The translations under genes were made by a program, and so were the position numbers. Below, piece after piece: positions 54,005 to 64,000 of a DNA stretch of 64,000 nucleotides (its first letter is position 1; every line of letters begins with the position of its first letter). Under the pieces are notes generated by a model. The model was not told the DNA's origin. It searched no databases and saw nothing but the letters and a program-made list of their open reading frames with translations. Origin of the DNA: Octopus vulgaris (taxonomy: Eukaryota); the NCBI GenBank assembly GCA_951406725.2, contig OX597816.1, forward strand, positions 1,240,001 to 1,304,000, given 5' to 3'.

Positions 54005-54849
54005 CAATAAGCTAAGATATCCAAAGAGGCAAGAGAGAAGCTGAGCATGAAGTTCATAGAGTGGAATATCTTGTGAAAAAAGCCACTGATCCTTGCTTTG
54101 CTAGGATAGATCAAGCTCAGTTCAGAAACGGTTTAACTTGGCTCAATTGCAAAATAAAACACTGGTTCTGCATTCCTGTGTCAAGCCTTCTTCCATCTCT
54201 GTTGGACCTGGTGAAGCAGAAAATAGCATTGCAGTCAAGTCGAAAGAAATAGGAGAGTATCTGCTCTCAACAACCACCCATCTGAATGAGGGATTAATGG
54301 TCAGAGGTCACTGAGACTATGGTGGACAAACACCAAGCACCATGATGCTTGGTGTTGCAGATGTGACTCAGGAGGCTGTAGGCAGAAACAGACACCATCT
54401 TATTCCTACAGACACATCCTGGGAGTGTCCTGGCCACAACAATACATACAGACACACGTTCCTCTCTCAGAAACCACAAATACTTCATCTAGAACAGAAT
54501 TTCCGAAAGACTTATTGCTACACCCACCAGACTGGGATTAGTATGGCTACAAAAAAAAGGGGGGCTTGAAATTTTTTTAAAAACAGTGGTGGATGGGTGT
54601 GGTGGTGGATGGGTGTGGTGGTGGATGGCTGTGGTGGGAGATGTTACTGTTTAAAGAATCTAGAAATTCATTTTTGGTTCAGTGTTTGCAGAAAATTGTT
54701 TTGACAAAAAGAATTGCTTTGTGACAATTAGTCTCAAAGAAAAGATTTATGGTTTTAGCTTTGGTAAATCGTTGACTCAAAGTAAACAAAGAAACAATGT
54801 TGTATTTTATATTTTTGTTTAGCAGAAATAAGAAATGATACACGCAACA

Positions 54850-54997
54850 GGCTTGTAGTTTCTGTTGACCAAATTCACTCATTCTGATTGGCCTGGGGCT
54901 ATAGTAAGAGGGCACTCTTCCAAAGTGCTAAGCAGGGGCATTGAAGCCAAAACCATGCAGCTGGGAAACAAACTTCTTAATCACACATCCACGCCTG
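54850..54997 (-). mobile_element. SINE family A (diverged)
   Basis: ACCAAATTCACTC...GGGGCTATAGTAAGA...CTTCTTAATCACACATCCACGCCTGC. Confidence 0.55.
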
Positions 54998-55400
54998 CAT
55001 TTGTAGTGGACATTAAACCAAAAATGATGATGATGATGATGATTTCTTCTGGAAGGTATAATGTGAATTAACAAAAGCCACATTAATTATCTAATGCTCC
55101 TGCTGCCAACAGCACTGACCTCTGCTTCCCATAAATACTTCCTTAAATTATTTTTCATTAAGACAGTTAAGCATAACTGCTAGAGATAGAAAATGTCTGC
55201 ATTTAATTTAAAATAGATACCAGTAATATACTGGACTGATTTATTCAGTTCTATTTATCTACTCACTCACCCTGTTTATTCACCTTCCTGCAAATCATCT
55301 GCCCAGACACGTCTTCAACACCATCCTTCTTCCCGTCCTGCTGAAGTAGCCATGTATCTCCTCTACACTAAAACCCTTACTCTGCTCCCTCTGTCCTATT

Positions 55401-55619
55401 TTAACCCTTTTTATAGCAAGTCACCTGAGGCTGTCCTCAGCTCTATGACATAAACTTGCTGTTTTCCAGGAATCTAAGTTAAAACTTTCCCTCAAAATTT
55501 CATGTTGATTAACGTTCCAAACTCCAGCTGAATAATGACTGAAGTATTTTACTCAAATTTTCATTATTTTCAAAATTAATTGAAACAAAATCACAGAAAT
55601 ATGGTAGTGAAAGATTAAA
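55401..55619. mobile_element. Putative TTAA-bounded (piggyBac-like) MITE
   Basis: Starts TTAACCCTTT and ends GAAAGATTAA. The internal CAAAATTTCAT...TTATTTTCAAAATTAATTGAAAC block recurs twice at 63275-63560. Confidence 0.45.
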
Positions 55620-56421
55620 CCTCTCATCAGTTGGTACAAAGCACCTCACTTGATGCCGCAACACCCATCCCCCCCAGAAAACAGACACTGAATGGTGATG
55701 ATGATGATCATGATGATCTACAAACGTGACTGTGGCTACGAAAGTCATCGACTGACCAGGTCATTCAGCTGCAACCAGTGCAGCCTTCAAGTTATTCAAC
55801 TGTAACATAACATCAGTGTACAGTTCACAGCTTATTCATCCATAACATGATTTGAATTTCGCATAGAAACTACTCAACCGTATCGTATTATTTCAGAATA
55901 TTAACCAACCCATTCAAGCTTACCATATTATTCCAAGTGTAATTCTCAAACCATTCAACAACAACAACAACAACAACACCATCTAAAATCTTAAGTATTA
56001 TAAAAAGGCCATTGAACTGTGACGTATTATTTTAGCGCAATACAAACCTCAGCCAAGCATTTCAGTTCAATAATGTATATGGATACCAAAGGAGAGAGAA
56101 AGAGAAAAAAAAGAGAAATGTAGAGAATTAGTAAATGTGATAAGCAATTGTTAATTTGCTTAATAAGGAAAACATCATCATCGTCATCATGTTTTAACAT
56201 CCACTTTTCCATGTTTTCATGGGTCAGACAGAATTTGCTGAGGCAGCTCTTCTGCAGCTGGATGCTCTTCCCATCACCAATCCTTACCTGTTTCCAAGCA
56301 ACATAATATTTCTCCCTCTTGGCCCCAACATGTTGTTCATAGAAAACTGAAAACAAAAACCATTGTTTACAACTATTACATGTGATTGGAAAACGTGTGA
56401 AACAAATTAAAATTTGAGAAA

Positions 56422-56484
56422 TTTTAATCAATATAATTTTAATTAATATAATTTTAATTAATATAATTTTAATTAATATAATTT
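56422..56484. repeat. 15-bp AT-only tandem repeat (ATATAATTTTAATTA, 3 to 4 units)
   Basis: Units at 56431, 56446 and 56461, plus partial flanking units. Confidence 0.9.
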
Positions 56485-56587
56485 ATATAACAGTTTTTTG
56501 TTTACAGATATAATAGTGAAACTCTTGGGTCGATGACCGGAAGGTTTTGATAAAGTGACTGAAATCTACCCCAACCAGTCATATTGC

Positions 56588-57849
56588 TTATTGTTTGGAA
56601 ACGTGTCCAATAAGCGCCGAGAGGAGGGACTGGTTCATTTCTTCCTGCTTCAGATATTCTCTGTGATGTTGTTTTAATGTTGATATCAATTCTTTGTGTT
56701 CTCGCCGCCGTTCTTCATTCATTTGTTTTAACATATCCAGGGTATTGTTTGGTGTAAAGCTAGAGCGACGTAGACACTTCCGTCTTTGAGAATAATAATC
56801 CTGATTATTATTGGCTGCTGAAGAATTTGATAGAGTCAAGTTGTTATCATGGAACCGTTTACGAACCTGGGAAGAATTTGTGGATACATTTGGAACACTG
56901 GACAATTGGGATTGAGCAGGGGTTTTGAGAACATGCAAAGAATTGTTTGAGTTCTCTCTTACTTCTTGTTGATGTCTCATGTTACAAGTCTGTGGTTCTT
57001 GAGACGGAAGGCGAATATATTCATTATTTAATGGTTGAGGTGAATATTGCAGAATCATTGATGAGAGACTAGGCACCGGTTCTTCATTTACAAATGAAGA
57101 CACTAATGGTAAAGACGAAGTTGGGGTAAAGTTTGTAATCTGTTGATTGGAATGAGATTGAGAAGTGGAAATGTTGGGTTGTTGATTTGATGCTGTTAAT
57201 GGAGAAGGGGACATCAAGGAACATGCGGGGGGCTGCAACTCAACCGAATCTAAAACTTCCTGCTTAATTGAGGTTTGCACCAAATGTTCTGAAGAAGCAT
57301 TTTGATTGTCCGAAACACAAATATTTGTTGGTAAATCACAGAAATATCCATTATTTGAATTGTTGACTGATGTGGTTACAGTATTAGTTGATGGAATGGC
57401 AGAAAGACCGTTCTGTAAATCTCTGGACACAGTTTGAGGTTGAGAAACAGAGTTGGACATATGATTGAGATAAGAAATAAAATTATTTTGTTTATCTTTC
57501 GGGTCATAAGGGTAGATTGCTGCCAATTCTTTAAAGTAGGGACATGTTTTGTGTATGTTACTGAAATAATTATGGTCAACGGTGTCTCTGTAGTTTTTAG
57601 TGATGTTCTTCCATTTCTGTTCACACTGACCACTGGTCACATTGAAACCTTTCGCCTGGAATTCATCTGCAATCATTGCCCAGACATCTTTCTTCTTGAT
57701 TCCTGGTTTATTGAAAATTGGTTCTTTCTCAGAATGAAGTCGAATAAGCATCAACACATCTTCTCGTTCCCAATGGAACACTCCGGTAACATTGCGTTTT
57801 TCCTTCCCGGAAATGGCTGCCGTATTATAAGAATCGTTTGAATCAATTT
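56588..57849 (-). CDS. Myb/SANT-like (trihelix, MSANTD-type) DNA-binding protein, last coding exon
   Basis: Intact frame with W(x5)LMLI...KKDVWAMIA..F..KGF.VTSGQCEQKWKNITKNYR...CPYFKEL (Myb_DNA-bind_4-type), an S/Q/N-rich linker and a C-terminal coiled coil. The frame stays open upstream of the listed GTG to a strong acceptor TTTTCTTTTCTCTTTCTTCAG (AG at 57851-57850, phase 1). Confidence 0.88.
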
Positions 57850-58002
57850 CTGAAGAAAGAGAAAAGAAAATTTATTGACTGGAAAAACTAGACATTGCAT
57901 AGTGTTGAAAACTCTATTGGGGATGAGTGTCTGTCTTTAGAGACAGATATGGGTACGTAAATGATAAAGTAGTCTTGTGTGTGTGTGTATGTGTGTGTGT
58001 GT

Positions 58003-58049
58003 GAGAGAGAGAGAGAGAAAGAGAAAGAGAGAGAGAGAAAGAGAGAGAG
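58003..58049. repeat. (GA)n tract flanking the Tx1 3' end
   Basis: Direct reading. Confidence 0.95.
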
Positions 58050-59899
58050 TATTTCTTTATTCACCATAAGGTTGAGAAAAAGAGGGGACAAAACAAACGT
58101 TGGGGTCAGGGTATCAAATGAGACGAAACGTATGAATAAACAAACAATTATAATATATGCAATTAAATGAGAATGAGTGAATAACAAAAAATGAAGCGGA
58201 GGACGCGGTTGACCCCACAAACCACAAACTCACACTGAAGACTTTGCTTTCTCCTTTTTTTTACATTCTCGATTAAACAGGTTCTTTCACTCACAACATA
58301 CTTGCTATAGACTTCCATCTTTTACGAAACACACTTTGCGACAGGCATTTCTTCTCCAGCCTTATTTTCCGTTTCATGTGGAAAACGAAAAAGTCGATTA
58401 GCTCGAGACTGGTGATAAATTCCTTTTACTCTTGTCTTCCACACTACTTCTTTCACCATAGCAACTACCGAAAGAAAACAGGCTCGCTCCTCCCTATTCA
58501 GGAAGGTCGGTGGAACTATCTTCATTACAGATTCGCTCGACAGTTGTACTCTTCTCGAATGCGACAGCAGGTGTTCGACATAAGCCCAGAGTTCAGTCAC
58601 CTTGGGGCATTGCACAATCGCGTGCAGGACAGTTCCACTGTCCCTCTCGCATCTTGCACAAACCGGCGAAGGTGCACACCCATGTCTAAAGAGCTTATCT
58701 CGAACCGGTAAAGCTCCTCTGTAACATTGCCATGCCAGGGACTTTTGGTAATTATCCATAGGCCCCGGACCGAATGTTCTTTGGAACAGGCTGGCCAGTT
58801 GATTTTCGTCGAATCCTAGGGTTTCTCCCAGGACGTCGTCACACTTAAACTCTACTAACCTTCTATAGAAGAATGAGGTAGTACCCCCATCATTGGCATT
58901 GCCCAACTAGGAGAGAAGCACAAGTGCCTGATGGCACTCTACATGCCACACGCCCAACCTCGGTCTACACTTGATCCATGGGTTCAGTATGGTAAACGAT
59001 GTGAACTGTGGAAATAACAGCTTGACGAATGGAGACCACACCTGCTCACCGTCCAGGTAAAGCCAGAGGTGCCTAAGCCTGAGCGCATGTCTGTGCATTT
59101 TTAGCCACGGCCTCCCTAGCCCACCCTTCAGTGGCTTTTGGCAGCAAATAGAGCACCTTACAAGAGGTCTGCTTCCCCTCCACAAAAAGTGAAAGAGCAT
59201 GCGTTCCAGCTTGTTCAGCCACGAATCGGGGCAAGGCACGACGGTCAGGTGGTAAGTGATTACAGAGGCGATAAACACCTTTGCAACCTCCGCCCTCCCT
59301 TTCAAGGACAGCTTCCGCTCAGACCAGGTCTGAGTTAGGAGAGCCACGTTTCTCGCCACCTCGCTCCAATTCTTCTCTATCTGGAGATCTGGACCTAACC
59401 AAATTCCAAGCATTTTCACCGGCCCTTCCGTCCAACGTCCTATGACGCTGTCGGAAGACATCGACTTGCCCCTCCAGGTGCTGAGTTGCAAGCCAACCGA
59501 TTTATCCCGGTTGACTTTCGCTCCTGCCACTGCTTCGTAGTCCCTTAAGGCCTCACCCACCCACTGTAGGTGCTCGACTCGGGATACGATGACGGTGATG
59601 TCGTCTACATACGCTGAAGCTGATTTTACGCATCCTAGATCTTGCGGAGTGCCCCTCATAGTTTCCAACTTCCTCAGCAACGGCTCAAGGGCCAAAACGT
59701 AGAGAAGCGGGGAGAGAGGACACCCTTGACATACTGAACATTCAATGCGGAACGGCTCCGAAAAGAAACCATTCACCCGAACTACCGATTCGATGTTGCT
59801 GTATAAAGTGTTGATCCATCCGTGGAAGGTCGGGCCGAAGCCAGGCGCCGTGAGGACCGCCACCAGATACTGATGGTCCACCCTATCGAACGCTTTCGA
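58050..59899 (-). mobile_element. 5'-truncated Tx1/L1-clade LINE
   Basis: SKAFDRVDHQYL, QGCPLSPLLY, AYVDD, W..RKLSLKGR, FLW, GGLG, and C-x2-C-x8-H-x4-C (CARC...H...C). In-frame TAG at 58909-58907, a late frameshift, and AATAAA at 58061-58056. Confidence 0.92.
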
Positions 59900-59905
59900 G
59901 AGAGA

Positions 59906-59975
<70 letters not shown>

Positions 59976-59994
59976 AAAGGGAGAGAGAGAGAAA

Positions 59995-60031
<37 letters not shown>

Positions 60032-60091
60032 TAGAGAAAGAGAGAGAGAAAGAGAGAAAGAAAGAGAGAAAGAAAAAGAGAAAGAGAGAGT

Positions 60092-60125
<34 letters not shown>

Positions 60126-60323
60126 AAGAGAGAGAGGGAGAGAGAGAGAAAAGGGAGAGAGAGAGAAAAGGGAGAGAGAGAGAAAAGGGAGAGAGAGAGA
60201 GAGAGAAAGAGATAGAGAAAGAGAGAAAGAAAGAGAGAAAGAGAGAAAGAGAGAGAAAGAAAAAGAGAAAGAGAGAGTGAGAGAAAGAGAGAGAGAGAGA
60301 GAAAGAGAGAGAGCGAGAGAGAG
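59898..60323. repeat. Long (GA)n/(GAAA) tract
   Basis: Direct reading; explains the SLSL N-terminus of ORF 58907..60337. Confidence 0.97.
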
Positions 60324-60939
60324 TGGGGTTTGTCCATAAATGAATCCCCAACATCATAATTCCATGTCTCTATTCAATGAATTGGAACAGTTCAACAACG
60401 GCCACTGGTTTCATCCAAATCTTCAACATAATGTCCATCCATGCGAGTTGTGAAAGAATCTTTAGAGAAGCAAACACCATGAATGGGAAAGAAGAAACTG
60501 TTGGTAGCCAAAGTAGCTTCAGACTGCCTTACAAAGAATCTCTGGCACACACACACACACACCCGTTTTCCCCTTTCGCTATAACACAATGACAAATGCA
60601 TATCAGGTCAACTGCAACAGAAGCTTCGTAACATGGGTAGAATCCGACATTCAGGGCACAAATAAGAGAAACGACACTTTTTGGTAAACAACAACACATT
60701 AGAAAATGAAGCAGTCAAAACTAAAAGCATGGAATGTAAATGCAATAAATAGATGCATGCCATCACCAGTCTCATTAAGCAGCAAATCCAGACTCACAGC
60801 TACATAAGTTGAATATACTCCAAAGCATCACGATTAGAAGAGACTTCAATCCCCACATCAATGCAGAGAAGAGGAGACAGATACAAGGGCATCACAACTG
60901 AACTCCTTTTACATCCTAAACATTTTACACCAACATAAT

Positions 60940-62118
60940 TATTGGGTCATTCCATAAATAATGCATTTCTTTTATAATACTTTTATTTTTCAAAATTAAG
61001 AAAAACAAACTTCTTTTTTAATCTAAAATATACTCTCCTTCATTTCCTACAATGCTCTTCCACCTATCTGGTAGACTTGCAAGGCCCCTCTTCCAAAATT
61101 CCCTTGTCTGTGATGAAAAATACTCTTCCTGTACTGTTCTGACCTCGTCTACAGAATTCATACTTTTTCCGTCCAAATGATTTTGAAGACTGCGGAATGA
61201 ATGATAATCAAATGGGGCAATGTCTGGTGAATATGGTGGGTGGGGCATCATTTCCCATTCAAACTGCTCCAGCCTTTGGAATCTCTTCCTTGCCGTATGT
61301 GGCCGAGCATTATCCTGGTGGAAGAATACCTTTCGTCTTAAAACCAAATATGGTCGTTTTTCTTCTAGCACTGACTTGAATGACTGGTTGAATGACCAAA
61401 TCCAAGCTTCTCTGCTAGTTCCTCAACAGTTAAATGGGATTTTGTTCCACCACGGTTTGCAGGATGTTCTTGTTGAGTTCTACAGATCTTCTAGGATGAG
61501 GCTCGTCTTCTAGACTGTAGTTTCTGGCTAGGAATTTCTGGAACCACCAGAGACACTGGCTTATGCTTATTGTCTGATCCCTGTAATCATCATCATTGTT
61601 ATCATTTAACGTCTGCTTTCCATGCTGGCATGGGTTGGACGGTTTGACTGAGAACTGGCAAGCCAGGAGGCTGCACCAGACTCCAATCTGATTTGACAAG
61701 GTTTCTACAGTTTCTACGCTCTTCCTATTGCCAACCACTCTGAGAGTGTAGTGGGTACTTTTTGCATGCCACCAGCATGGGAGCCAGTCAGGCAGCACTG
61801 GCATTGGCCATGCTCAAATGGTGCTTTTTACATGGCACCAGCATGGGTACCATGCATTAATATTCCTCGCACTTTCTGTTGCATTGTTGCCTTTAATTGA
61901 ACTCATAAAGCAAAATATGCTCCTTTGTCACTTCCATTATAGCTTTGAAAAAATAACTGTTAAAATCAAACTCTTCAAAACTTGCACAAAGAATAAGCAG
62001 GAGTTAAAATTACTACCTGCTTTTATAGCAAGTTGATGCAGGTAGTTTATCCTGTCCCCACTCCAACTTTTAGTTCATGCAATTGAAAAACCTGCATTAT
62101 TTATGGGATGAGCCAATA
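60940..62118 (-). mobile_element. Internally deleted mariner (D,D34D) element with TIRs
   Basis: TIRs TATTGGGTCATTCCATAAATAATGC and GCATTATTTATGGGATGAGCCAATA (23/25, TA ends). N-terminal ILLYEF..GNNATESARNIN, WFQKF..LEDEP, and HQDNARPH..YSPDIAPFDY with exactly 34 residues between the aspartates. Confidence 0.9.
61584..61850 (-). mobile_element. RTE 3' UTR fragment nested in the mariner transposase
   Basis: ATCATCATC...TTTAACGTCTGCTTTCCATGCTGGCATGGGTTGGACGG...; splits the transposase helix-turn-helix region. Confidence 0.85.
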
Positions 62119-62489
62119 GAATAATTCCTCACAAAAACCATGCCTGGTCAATATAAGCAACATCACCAACATCCAAACAATATCCCCATATATTCAGATC
62201 ATTCTGTCTGAGTCTTCAGTTTCTCAACAACAAATTGCTTAGAAGAAAAAAGTGCATCAGGCGTCAGGACAAGTATAATCACAGCCTGATGTCCTTGATA
62301 CTTCATAACTTTCTGAAAAATACCTTTTTTTAACGAAATTTTTCAGAGATACATTTCCAGGTATGTGGATTATGGCTGCATCGTTCATTTCCCGTCCACT
62401 TCTCCATGCTTGCGTGAGTCAGACAGAATTTGTCAAGGCACATTCTGAATGGCCGGCTACCTTTCCTGTCACCAACTCTCACCTACAAC

Positions 62490-62912
62490 CTTAGTAAAAA
62501 AGAAAGGCACATAGGATGATGTAGTCCAAGAAACACATCACCATCATCCTTTAATGTCTGTTTCCCATGTACAAAGATGGGATGGTCATGGATGGAATGC
62601 AGTCATGAAACCTGCTAAAAATAGCTAAATTTCCCTGAAATTGCATCCTGCTGTCTCAAAAATGGATACATAAGATGATGTAGTCTGAGATACACTATGT
62701 CTTAAAAGTGATGGGAAGGTCACATCTGAATTGCAGGCACTTGACCTGCTAGAAACAGCAGCTACATCTCTCTCGTATACCTACCATCTTAAAAAAAGGT
62801 CACATTAGATAATGTAGTCCAAGGTGCACTAGACGTGAAAAATAACGGGTCGGTTATGACTGACTTGAAGCTAAACAACAACAACAACAACAACAACAAT
62901 AACAACAACAAC
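62490..62912 (+). repeat. Diverged tandem units of an interspersed repeat ending in (AAC)n
   Basis: GATGATGTAGTC and CCTGCTA..AA.AGC.. blocks recur at about 62515, 62675 and 62810, and again near 63570-63650 and 63900-63965. Confidence 0.5.
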
Positions 62913-62986
62913 AAACTACAAACAAGAGAAAAATTTCAACAAAATATAATCACAAGAGGAAGAATATTCTACTCAAAGAAATGTAC

Positions 62987-63047
62987 CTTGTTTCTCCGCA
63001 TCTGTAATGGAGATGTTGCAGATATTATCTTGAATATCAATGTACAT
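62987..63047 (-). CDS. Predicted first coding exon of the Myb/SANT-like gene (MYIDIQDNICNISITDAEKQ+G)
   Basis: ACC-ATG with an in-frame TAA upstream; 61 nt ending AAG|GTACAT (phase 1). Joins the phase-1 acceptor at 57849 to give GAA (E) and a continuous 440-aa frame. Candidate acceptor CTAATCAG at 63104-63103. Confidence 0.6.
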
Positions 63048-63649
63048 GGTCTGTTTGGGTGTTAGTTAGCGGCCGACTAGAAGACTTTAAAGACATCAAG
63101 AACTGATTAGATTCCACAAAGAGAACACATAGTCATTAAGGATGAACGAATGGGAAAGAAAAAGACAAAAACAAAAAACAGAAATTGTATCATTCACCTT
63201 TTTTTCAGGCCAATCCACCTGAGACCACCCCTACTGCTATGGTACAAACTTCATGTTTAAAAGTGATTTAAATTAAGAGCCTTCCAACAAAACTTCATAT
63301 TAACATATTTATGCCAACTTAATGACATTTGACGAAGGTCTTCGTTATTTTCAAGATCAATTGAAACGAAAGCAATGTCTTTGAAAAGAAATATGGTAAA
63401 TAAAGTGACCCAAGTGAAAGCCTTCCGTCAAAATTTCATCTTGGTTTCTGTTCCAAACTTAAAAATGACAAAGTTATTTCACTAAATTCCTTATTATTTT
63501 GAAAATCAATTGAAAGAAAGACAGAATATTTCAACAGAAATATGAGAACAAAATGGTTAATGCCAGAGCTCTAAACAGCAGCTAAACTTCCCTTGTATCA
63601 CATCCTATCATCTTTAGAAGACAAAAAGGAAGCATAGTTCTAGATGTAG

Positions 63650-63860
63650 TCATCATCATCATCATCAACATCATTGTCATTTAACGCCTGTTTTCCAAGC
63701 TGTTATGGGTCGTCAGATGGTTTGACAGGAGCAGGCAAGCCGGTTCAGCTGCACCAGACTCCAATTGTCTGTTTTGGCAGGGTTTCTTTAGCTGGATGCC
63801 CTTCCCAATACCAGCCACTTTACAGAGTGTATCGAGTGGGTTTTATGTGGCACCAGCACA
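63650..63860 (-). mobile_element. RTE 3' UTR fragment
   Basis: (ATC)n, TTTAACGCCTGTTTTCCA...GCTGCACCAGACTCCAAT...GCTGGATGCCCTTCC. Confidence 0.7.
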
Positions 63861-64000
63861 GAGACATTTTACAGGGTATCAGTAAAGGTGCTGGAAAAAA
63901 AGATAGGAGGGTCACAGCTTGAATGCAGTCACTTGACCTGACAGAAATAGCAGCTAAATCTTGCTGCTGACTTCTCCCACTCTCCAAGGTACATCATCCA

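Noticed and set aside
57779-57781. GTG start given by the ORF track
   Set aside because: The frame stays open to a strong splice acceptor at 57850, so this is an internal Val codon.
59900-60357. SLSL-rich N-terminus apparently fused to RT
   Set aside because: Translation of the (TC)n tract that happens to be in frame with a truncated LINE.

Overview
AT-rich, repeat-dense animal genomic DNA. The SINE/LINE families and microsatellite load look like a coleoid cephalopod (Octopus-like); this is inferred from repeat content, not verified. I can support one host protein-coding gene: a minus-strand Myb/SANT-like (trihelix/MSANTD-type) DNA-binding protein. Its large last exon is at 56588-57849 and a phase-compatible upstream coding exon is at 62987-63047, giving about 440 aa. 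The rest is mostly mobile DNA and simple repeats: many RTE LINE copies whose reverse transcriptase carries an internal PHD-type zinc finger, R4/Dong-like, CR1-like and Tx1-like LINE relics, two mariner relics, two non-autonomous Helitrons, two GG-ended MITEs with 8-bp target-site duplications, two tRNA-type SINE families, a 21-bp minisatellite grown inside a SINE, and a 1.9-kb (TTA)n tract. Most notable: the PHD finger inside RT, a Tx1 element sitting in (TC)n on both sides, tandem hammerhead-ribozyme-like motifs with a non-canonical core, and the SINE-born higher-order minisatellite. Most ORFs in the supplied track are repeat or microsatellite artefacts.
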